Part shown: in pieces, positions 1-9,698 of the stretch
How the letters are laid out: each line of letters begins with the position of its first letter
Position numbering within the stretch: the stretch's first letter is position 1
Source: Botryllus schlosseri
Taxonomy: Eukaryota
Reading direction: 5' to 3'
Assembly (NCBI GenBank): GCA_051294905.1
Contig: CM119371.1
Span: 35,528,001-35,592,000, forward strand
DNA length: 64,000 nt
The notes under the pieces: generated by a model
Databases searched by the model: none
What the model was told of the DNA's origin: nothing
The model's input: the letters and a program-made list of their open reading frames with translations, nothing else
Program-made: the position numbers and the translations under genes

Positions 1-3000
1 GTCTTTCGCAAAATTACACGTATAGCTCTCGGATTAAAGACGCCGATATTTCTATCTTAGACAAGTGCTCCACTTTTAACCACGTTCAGGAGTCGAGGCT
101 TGTCCCAAAGCATATTCGAACCGAGTTTTAGCTAATTCTACCGTCTAGTTCGAGTCTAATTTCATCTCTACTTTTCAGAGAAATTGCACGAGTATCATCA
201 CCTGACCAACGTCTTTCGCAAAATTACACGTATAGCTCTCGGATTAAAGACGCCGATATTTCTATCTTAGACAAGTGCTCCACTTTTAACCACGTTCAGG
301 AGTCGAGGCTTGTCCCAAAGCATAATCGAACCGAATTTCAGCCAATTCTACCGTCTAGTTCGAGTCGAATCTCATCTCTACTTTTCAGAGAAATAGCGCG
401 AGTATCATCACCTGGCCAACGTCTTTCGCAAAATTACACGTATAGCTCTCGGATTAAAGACGCCGATATTTCTATCTTAGCCAAGTGCTCCACTTTTAAT
501 CACGTTCACGAGTCGAGGCTTGTCCCAAAGCATAATCGAACCGAGTTTTAGCCAATTCTACCGTCTAGTTCGAGTCGAATTTCATCTCTACTTTTCAGAG
601 AAATTGCACGAGTATCATCACCTGGCCAACGTCTTTCGCAAAATTACACGTATAGCTTTCGGATTAAAGACGCCGATATTTCTATCTTAGACAAGTGCTC
701 CACTTTTAATCACGTTCACGAGTCGAGGCTTGTCCCAAAGCATAATCGAACCGAGTTTTAGCCAATTCTACCGTCTAGTTCGAGTCGAATTTCATCTCTA
801 CTTTTCAGAGAAATTGCACGAGTATCATCACCTGGCCAACGTCTTTCGCAAAATTACACGTATAGCTTTCGGATTAAAGACGCCGATATTTCTATCTTAG
901 ACAAGTGCTCCACTTTTAATCACGTTCAGGAGTCGAGGCTTGTCCCAAAGCATAATCGAACCGAGTTTTAGCCAATTCTACCGTCTAGTTCGAGTCGAAT
1001 CTCATCTCTACTTTTCAGAGAAATAGCGCGAGTATCATCACTTGGCCAACGTCTTTCGCAAAATTACACGTATAGCTCTCGGATTAAAGACGCCGATATT
1101 TCTATCTTAGCCAAGTGCTCCACTTTTAATCACGTTCACGAGTCGAGGCTTGTCCCAAAGCATAATCGAACCGAGTTTTAGCCAATTCTACCGTCTAGTT
1201 CGAGTCGAATTTCATCTCTACTTTTCAGAGAAATTGCACGAGTATCATCACCTGGCCAACGTCTTTCGCAAAATTACACGTATAGCTCTCGGATTAAAGA
1301 CGCCGATATTTCTATCTTAGACAAGTGCTCCACGTTTAACCACGTTCAGGAGTCGAGGCTTGTCCCAAAGCATAATCGAACCTAATTTAAGCCAATTCTA
1401 CCGTCTAGTTCGAGTCGAATATCATCTCTACTTTTCAGAGAAATTGCACGAGTATCATCACCTGGCCAACGTTTTTCGCAAAATTACACGTATAGCTCTC
1501 GGATTAAAGACGCCGATATTTCTATCTTAGACGAGTGCTCCACTTTTAATTACGTTCACGAGTCGAGGCTTGTCCCAAAGCATAATCGAACCGAGTTTTA
1601 GCCAATTCTACCGTCTAGTTCGAGTCGAATTTCATCTCTACTTTTCAGAGAAATTGCACGAGTATCATCACCTGGCCAACGTCTTTCGCAAAATTACACG
1701 TATAGCTTTCGGATTAAAGACGCCGATATTTCTATCTTAGACAAGTGCTCCACTTTTAATCACGTTCAGGAGTCGAGGCTTGTCCCAAAGCATAATCGAA
1801 CCGAGTTTTAGCCAATTCTACCGTCTAGTTCGAGTCGAATTTCATCTCTACTTTTCAGAGAAATTGCACGAGTATCATCACCTGGCCAACGTCTTTCGCA
1901 AAATTACACGTATAGCTCTCGGATTAAAGACGCCGATATTTCTATCTTAGACAAGTGCTCCACTTTTAATCACGTTCAGGAGTCGAGGCTTGTCCCAAAG
2001 CATAATCGAACCGAGTTTTAGCCAATTCTACCGTCTAGTTCGAGTCGAATTTCATCTCTACTTTTCAGAGAAATTGCACGATTATCATCACCTGGCCAAC
2101 GTCTTTCGCAAAATTACACGTATAGCTCTCGGATTAAAGACGCCGATATTTATATCTTAGACAAGTGCTCCACTTTTAATCACGTTCAGGAGTCGAGGCT
2201 TGTACCAAAGCATAATCGAACCGAGTTTTAGCCAATTCTACCGTCTAGTTCGAGTCGAATTTCATCTCTACTTTTCAGAGAAATTGCACGAGTATCATCA
2301 CCTGGCCAACGTCTTTCGCAAAATTACACGTATAGCTCTCGGATTAAAGACGCCGATATTTCTATCTTAGACAAGTGCTCCACTTTTAACCACGTTCAGG
2401 AGTCGAGGCTTGTCCCAAAGCATAATCGAACCTAATTTAAGCCAATTCTACCGTCTAGTTCGAGTGGAATATCATCTCTACTTTTCAGAGAAATAGCGCG
2501 AGTATCATCACCTGGCTAACGTCTTTCGCCAAATTACACGTATAGCTCTCGGATTAAAGACGCCGACATTTCTATCTTAGACAAGTGCTCCACTTTTAAC
2601 CACGTTCAGGATTCGAGGCTTGTCCCAAAGCATAATCGAACCGAATTTCAGCCAATTCTACCGTCTAGTTCGAGTCGAATCTCATCTCTACTTTTCAGAG
2701 AAATTGCACGAGTATCATCACCTGGCCAACGTTTTTCGCAAAATTACACGTATAGCTCTCGGATTAAAGACGCCGATATTTCTATCTTAGACGAGTGCTC
2801 CACTTTTAATCACGTTCACGAGTCGAGGCTTGTCCCAAAGCATAATCGAACCGAGTTTTAGCCAATTCTACCGTCTAGTTCGAGTCGAATTTCATCTCTA
2901 CTTTTCAGAGAAATTGCACGATTATCATCACCTGGCCAACGTCTTTCGCAAAATTACACGTATAGCTCTCGGACTAAAGACGCCGATATTTCTATCTTAG

Positions 3001-6000
3001 ACAAGTGCTCCACTTTTATTCACGTTCAGGAGTCGAGGCTTGTACCAAAGCATAATCGAACCGAGTTTTAGCCAATTCTACCGTCTAGTTCGAGTCGAAT
3101 TTCATCTCTACTTTTCAGAGAAATTGCACGAGTATCATCACCTGGCCAACGTCTTTCGCAAAATTACACGTATGGCTCTCGGATTAAAGACGCCGATATT
3201 TCTATCTTAGACAAGTGCTCCACTTTTAATCACGTTCAGGAGTCGAGGCTTGTACCAAAGCATAATCGAACCGAGTTTTAGCCAATTCTACCGTCTAGTT
3301 CGAGTCGAATTTCATCTCTACTTTTCAGAGAAATTGCACGAGTATCATCACCTGGCCAACGTCTTTCGCAAAATTACACGTATAGCTCTCGGATTAAAGA
3401 CGCCGATATTTCTATCTTAGACAAGTGCTCCACTTTTAATCACGTTCAGGAGTCGAGGCTTGTACCAAAGCATAATCGAACCGAGTTTTAGCCAATTCTA
3501 CCGTCTAGTTCGAGTCGAATTTCATCTCTACTTTTCAGAGAAATTGCACGAGTATCATCACCTGGCCAACGTCTTTTGCAAAATTACACGTATAGCTCTC
3601 GGATTAAAGACGCCGATATTTCTATCTTAGACAAGTGCTACACTTTTAATCACTTTCAGGAGTCGAGGCTTGTCCAAAAGCATAATCGAACCGAGTTTTA
3701 GCCAATTCTACCGTCTAGTTCGAGTCGAATTTCATCTCTACTTTTCAGAGAAATTGCACGAGTATCATCACCTGGCAAACGTCTTTCGCAAAATTACACG
3801 TATAGCTCTCGGATTAAAGACGCCGATATTTCTATCTTAGACAAGTGCTCCACTTTTAACCACGTTCAGGAGTCGAGGCTTGTCCCAAAGCATAATCGAA
3901 CCTAATTTCAGCCAATTCTACCGTCTAGTTCGAGTCGAATATCATCTCTACTTTTCAGAGAAATAGCGCGAGTATCATCACCTGGCTAACGTCTTTCGCA
4001 AAATTACACGTATAGCTCTCGGATTAAAGACGCCGACATTTCTATCTTAGACAAGTGCTCCACTTTTAATCACGTTCACGAGTCGAGGCTTGTCCCAAAG
4101 CATAATCGAACCGAGTTTTAGCCAATTCTACCGTCTAGTTCGAGTCGAATTTCATGTCTACTTTTCAGAGAAATTGCACGAGTATCATCACCTGGCCAAC
4201 GTCTTTCGCAAAATTACACGTATAGCTCTCGGATTAAAGACGCCGATATTTCTATCTTAGACAAGTGCTCCACTTTTAATCACGTTCAGGAGTCGAGGCT
4301 TGTCCCAAAGCATAATCGAACCGAGTTTTAGCCAATTCTACCGTCTAGTTCGAGTCGAATTTCATCTCTACTTTTCAGAGAAATTGTACGAGTATCATCC
4401 CCTGGCCAACGTCTTTCGCAAAATTACACGTATAGCTCTCGGATTAAAGACGCCGATATTTCTATCTTAGACAAGTGCTCAACTTTTAACCACGTTCAGG
4501 AGTCGAGGCTTGTCCAAAAGCATAATCGAACCTAATTTCAGCCAATTCTACCGTCTAGTTCGAGTCGAATATCATCTCTACTTTTCAGAGAAATAGCGCG
4601 AGTATCATCACCTGGCTACCGTCTTTCGCAAAATTACACCTATAGCTCTCGGATTAAAGACGCCGACATTTCTATCTTAGACAAGTGCTCCACTTTTAAT
4701 CACGTTCACGAGTCGAGGCTTGTCCCAAAGCATAATCGAACCTAATTTCAGCCAATTCTACCGTCTAGTTCGAGTCGAATCTCATCTCTACTTTTCAGAG
4801 AAATTGCACGAGTATCATCACCTGGCCAACGTCTTTCGAAAAATTACACGTATAGCTCTCGGATTAAAGACGCCGATATTTCTATCTTAGACAAGTGCTC
4901 CACTTTTAATCACGTTCACGAGTCGAGGCTTGTCCCAAAGCATAATCGAACCGAGTTTTAGCCAATTCTACCGTCTAGTTCGAGTCGAATTTCATCTCTA
5001 CTTTTCAGAGAAATTGCACGAGTATCATCACCTGGCCAACGTCTTTCGCAAAATTACACGTATAGCTCTCGGATTAAAGACGCCGATATTTCTATCTTAG
5101 ACAAGTGCTCCACTTTTAATCACGTTCAGGAGTCGAGGCTTGTCCCAAAGCATAATCGAACCGAGTTTTAGCCAATGCTACCGTCTAGTTCGAGTCGAAT
5201 CTCATCTCTACTTTTCAGAGAAATTGCACGAGTATCATCACCTGGCCAACGTCATTCGCAAAATTACACGTATAGCTCTCGGATTAAAGACGCCGATATT
5301 TCTATCTTAGACAAGTGCTCCACTTTTAATCACGTTCACGAGTCGAGGCTTGTCCCAAAGCATAATCGAACCGAGTTTTTGGCAATTCTACCGTCTAGTT
5401 CGAGTCGAATTTCATCTCTACTTTTCAGAGAAATTGCACGAGTATCATCACCTGGCCAACGTCTTTCGCAAAATTACACGTATAGCTCTCGGATTAAAGA
5501 CGCCGATATTTCTATCTTAGACAAGTACTCCACTTTTAATCACGTTCAGGAGTCGAGGCTTGTCCCAAAGCATAATCGACCCGAGTTTTAGCCAATTCTA
5601 CCGTCTAGTTCGAGTCGAATTTCATCTCTACTTTTCAGAGAAATTGCACGAGTATCATCACCTGGCCAACGTCTTTCGCAAAATTACACGTATAGCTCTC
5701 GGATTAAAGACGCCGATATTTCTATCTTAGACAAGTGCTCCACTTTTATTCACGTTCAGGAGTCGAGGCTTGTCCAAAAGCATAATCGAACCGAGTTTTA
5801 GCCAATCTACCGTCTAGTTCGAGTCGAATTTCATCTCTACTTTTCAGAGAAATTGCACGAGTATCATCACCTGGCCAACGTCTTTCGCAAAATTACACGT
5901 ATAGCTCTCGGATTAAAGACGCCGATATTTCTATCTTAGACAAGTGCTCCAATTTTAACCACGTTCAGGAGTCGAGGCTTGTCCCAAAGCATAATCGAAC

Positions 6001-8007
6001 CGAAGTTCAGCCAATTCTACCGTCTAGTTCAAGTCGAATCTCATCTCTACTTTTCAGAGAAATAGCGCGAGTATCATCACCTGGCCAACGTCTTTCGCAA
6101 AATTACACGTATAGCTCTCGGATTAAAGACGCCGATATTTCTATCTTAGACAAGTGCTACACTTTTAATCACGTTCAGGAGTCGAGGCTTGTCACAAAGC
6201 ATAATCGAACCGAGTTTTAGCCAATTCTACCGTCTAGCTCGAGTCGAATTTCATCTCTACTTTTCAGAGAAATTGCACGAGTATCATCACCTGGCCAACG
6301 TCTTTCGCAAAATTACACGTATAGCTCTCGGATTAAAGACGCCGATATTTCTATCTTAGACAAGTGCTCCACTTTTAATCACGTTCAGGAGTCGAGGCTT
6401 GTCCCAAAGCATAATCGAACCGAGTTTTAGCCAATTCTACCGTCTAGTTCGAGTCTAATTTCATCTCTACTTTTCAGAGAAATTGCACGAGTATCATCAC
6501 CTGGCCAACGTCTTTCGCAAAATTACACGTATAGCTCTCGGATTAAAGACGCCGATATTTCTATCTTAGACAAGTGCTCCACTTTTAATCACGTTCAGGA
6601 GTCGAGGCTTGTCCCAAAGCATAATCGAACCGAGTTTTAGCCAATTCTACCGTCTAGTTCGAGTCTAATTTCATCTCTACTTTTCAGAGAAATTGCACGA
6701 GTATCATCACCTGGCCAACGTCTTTCGCAAAATTACACGTCTAGCTCTCGGATTAAAGACGCCGATATTTCTATCTTAGACAAGTGCTCCACTTTTAACC
6801 ACGTTCAGGAGTCGAGGCTTGTCCCAAAGCATAATCGAACCGAATTTCAGCCAATTCTACCGTCTAGTTCGAGTCGAATCTCATCTCTACTTTTCAGAGA
6901 AATAGCGCGAGTATCATCACCTGGCCAACGTCTTTCGCAAAATTACACGTATATCTCTCGGATTAAAGACGCCGATATTTCTATCTTAGCCAAGTGCTCC
7001 ACTTTTAATCACGTTCACGAGTCGAGGCTTTTCCCAAAGCATAATCGAACCGAGTTTTAGCCAATTCTACCGTCTAGTTCGAGTCGAATATCATCTCTAC
7101 TTTTCAGAGAAGTAGCGCGAGTATCATCACCTGGCTAACGTCTTTCGCAAAATTACACGTATAGCTCTCGGATTAAAGACGCCGACATTTCTATCTTAGA
7201 CAAGTGCTCCACTTTTAATAACGTTCACGAGTCGGGGCTTGTCCCAAAGCATAATCGAACCGAGTTTTAGCCAATTCTACCGTCTAGTTCGAGTCGAATT
7301 TCATCTCTACTTTTCAGAGAAATTGCACGCGTATCATCACCAGGCCAACGTCTTTCGCAAAATTACACGTATAGCTCTCGGATTAAAGACGCCGATATTT
7401 CTATCTTAGACAAGTGCTCCACTTTTAATCACGTTCAGGAGTCGAGGCTTGTCCCAAAGCATAATCGAACCGAGTTTTAGCCAATTCTACCGTCTAGTTC
7501 GAGTCGAATTTCATCTCTACTTTTCAGAGAAATTGCACGATTCTCATCACCTGGCCAACGTCTTTCGCAAAATTACACGTATAGCTCTCGGATTAAAGAC
7601 GCCGATATTTCTATCTTAGACAAGTGCTCCACTTTTAATTACGTTCAGGAGTCGAGGCTTGTCCCAAAGCATAATCGAACCGAGTTTTAGCCAATTCTAC
7701 CGTCTAGTTCGAGTCGAATTTCATCTCTACTTTTTCAGAGAAATTGCACGAGTATCATCACCTGGCAAACGTCTTTCGCAAAATCACACGTATAGCTCTC
7801 GGATTAAAGACGCCGATATTTCTATCTTAGACAAGTGCTCCACTTTTAATCCCGTTCAGGAGTCGAGGCTTGTCACAAAGCATAATCGAACCGAGTTTTA
7901 GCCAATTCTACAGTCTAGCTCGAGTCGAATTTCATCTCTACTTTTCAGAGAAATTGCACGAGTATCATCACCTGGCCAACGTCTGTCGCAAAATTACACG
8001 TATAGCT
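1..8007 (+). repeat. 210-bp tandem satellite array, segment 1 (about 38 monomers; continues beyond the left edge)
   Basis: GTCTTTCGCAAAATTACACGTATAGCTCTCGG... recurs at 1, 211, 421, 631 and so on. Monomers differ by a few substitutions. There is a 1-bp deletion near 5806 and a 1-bp insertion in the T-run at 7731-7735. Confidence 0.99.
7995..8007 (+). repeat. 5' target-site duplication TACACGTATAGCT of element A copy 1
   Basis: The same 13-mer flanks the other end at 13563-13575. It corresponds to monomer positions 15-27. The first 1-2 nt (TA) are ambiguous with the TAA tail. Confidence 0.93.
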
Positions 8008-8045
8008 GGCATTCCCGTCTGACCGTCGTCGAGTACGGAGGTCTC
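8008..8045 (+). promoter_or_regulatory. Putative internal Pol II promoter of element A (Inr-like CATT plus downstream element)
   Basis: CATT at 8010-8013. CGTCGTCGAGTACGGA at 8024-8039 matches family B 62417-62432 at 14/16 nt, at nearly the same distance from the 5' end. I and jockey group LINEs are known to use internal Inr/DPE promoters. Confidence 0.6.
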
Positions 8046-8204
8046 TCGTGAAAGAATAATTATCGCTAGTCTTCGTTTGCCTCATTAGGTATCGATACTC
8101 CGCGAGGTTAGGTCTTTACGTAGTGTATATGCAGACGTGTCTCTTGGGATCTTTGTCAGGTAGTTAGTAGAGTGTATACCCTCACCGCCTTGAAAGGGTA
8201 GGTG

Positions 8205-9698
8205 ATGGAGGGTATAACCTCTAATCTCAAACGTAGAATGGAAGATCCAGATAGCGACGAGGGAGCTGTTGGATCTTGCGGGAATACCAAGATTCCTGCG
8301 AGGAAATTCGCGATCGTAGATAATCCCAACGCTACGACGACTTCTCAGCCATCGTCTAGCCAAAACTTAGATAGCTCTTCACCGAGCATTATCCCCAGTG
8401 CATCATTGGCCACTCCGGTGTCAAGTGGGGGATCCGCATTCGTGACGGATCCCGTCAATAGTATGACCGTTATAATTTCGGGCAGAGATAGGGTGATGAC
8501 ACGATATCACCCTGTGAAAGTTAACAGAGCTCTATACGCTATCATCGACAGCTATGCTGGTATCAAGCCACTCCCTTCGGGAGATCTTCTACTTACGTGT
8601 CATAACCACAAGCAAGTGACTAAAATGTTAGAATGCGTTTCATTAAGTGACACGACCACAAATACTAAAATTGCTATCTCAGTTACACCTCACACCGCAC
8701 AGAAGCCATACGCCAGTCGCGCAGTCATCAAAGGGGTACCCTTAGAAATACCGGAGAGTGAGTTGTTAGAAGACCTGGCTGCCAGTAGTGTGTCACACCT
8801 CAAACGCCTGAAACGGAGGGCAGAGAAAGGGTTTGAGCCAAGCCTGTCCGTCTTGCTATACTTTAGTTCAACAGAAGTACCCAACTACGTCACGTTCGGT
8901 TACCTTCGCTTCCGCACGAACACTTACAACCCACCACCAACTCGCTGCTTCAGATGTAACAAATTCGGACATACCTCTAAATCTTGCCGCGGAAAACCGA
9001 GCTGCACAAAATGTGGCGCCATGGACCATGCATACAATGACTGCCAAAATAACAGAAAATGCATCAATTGCAATGAAAATCATAGTGCCGCTTATGGTGG
9101 GTGCCCCGTCTATAAAGAAGAGGCAAAAATCCAAATCGTCAAAGAGAGGGAAAACCTCTCCTTCCCCGAGGCGAGGCATCAAGTACGTACACAGGATCTC
9201 GTATCGGACTCTTCGACAACGCCGCAGGATTCCATTTCTGCTTCGTCAACAATGCCAAAAGAGTCCTACGCACATAAAGTCACCGCCAAGAACAAATCTT
9301 TGAGAGTCAGAAATCCCCTAAACAGAAATATACCAACCGCGCCATCACCCAATGAAGGGGACTTTAGAGAACTACAGAGAAATCAATCAGAACAATCTGC
9401 GTTACGTAAACCCACCGCAACACAGACTGATAATACTGCAGGCAACACGACAGTTCACCCGAATCAATTAGAACCGATGCAACTGCTGGTGATGGTAGCA
9501 GAAATCGTCCAGGTTACGATTACAGCTTGCCAAACTGGCAACGGAAACATATTTAACATCGTCGCAGAAGCGTTTGGAAAGTACTTTGGACAGCATATCG
9601 ACTCGACCTTGTTGCAGAAAATGTCGAAAAACGCAAACAATCAGAATTCGGAGGCACGAAAGGAAGCCACGGTCCCACAAAATCGCAATGGACAATAA
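8205..9698 (+). CDS. ORF1p, Gag-like nucleic-acid-binding protein with three CCHC zinc knuckles (497 aa)
   Basis: Knuckles CFRCNKFGHTSKSC, CTKCGAMDHAYNDC and CINCNENHSAAYGGC, preceded by an RRM-like VIKGVP region. First ATG is 8205 (the track start at 8202 is a GTG). Stop TAA at 9696-9698. Confidence 0.95.
   Translation: MEGITSNLKRRMEDPDSDEGAVGSCGNTKIPARKFAIVDNPNATTTSQPSSSQNLDSSSPSIIPSASLATPVSSGGSAFVTDPVNSMTVIISGRDRVMTRYHPVKVNRALYAIIDSYAGIKPLPSGDLLLTCHNHKQVTKMLECVSLSDTTTNTKIAISVTPHTAQKPYASRAVIKGVPLEIPESELLEDLAASSVSHLKRLKRRAEKGFEPSLSVLLYFSSTEVPNYVTFGYLRFRTNTYNPPPTRCFRCNKFGHTSKSCRGKPSCTKCGAMDHAYNDCQNNRKCINCNENHSAAYGGCPVYKEEAKIQIVKERENLSFPEARHQVRTQDLVSDSSTTPQDSISASSTMPKESYAHKVTAKNKSLRVRNPLNRNIPTAPSPNEGDFRELQRNQSEQSALRKPTATQTDNTAGNTTVHPNQLEPMQLLVMVAEIVQVTITACQTGNGNIFNIVAEAFGKYFGQHIDSTLLQKMSKNANNQNSEARKEATVPQNRNGQ

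Noticed and set aside
4..20. CENP-B box-like TTTCGCAAAATTACACG next to the insertion site
   Set aside because: It matches TTCG and the central A but lacks the required CGGG. No full box was found on either strand.
5175..5591. 60-141 aa ORFs in the satellite (also 7659, 13689, 15736, 47601, 51922, 52814, 57880 and others)
   Set aside because: The monomer is 70 codons long with only one stop in some frames, so single variants open repetitive ORFs. There are no protein motifs, and the starts are sporadic variants or TTG.
1..8007. CRISPR-like or tRNA/5S/snRNA gene array
   Set aside because: There are no unique spacers, as the whole 210 bp repeats. I recognise no cloverleaf, A/B box or 5S/U snRNA sequence. 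An Rfam search would settle it.
9574..9687. N-terminal extension of ORF2 given by the ORF track
   Set aside because: It begins at a TTG inside ORF1. The APE domain starts right after ATG 9688, and family B has a stop immediately before its equivalent ATG.
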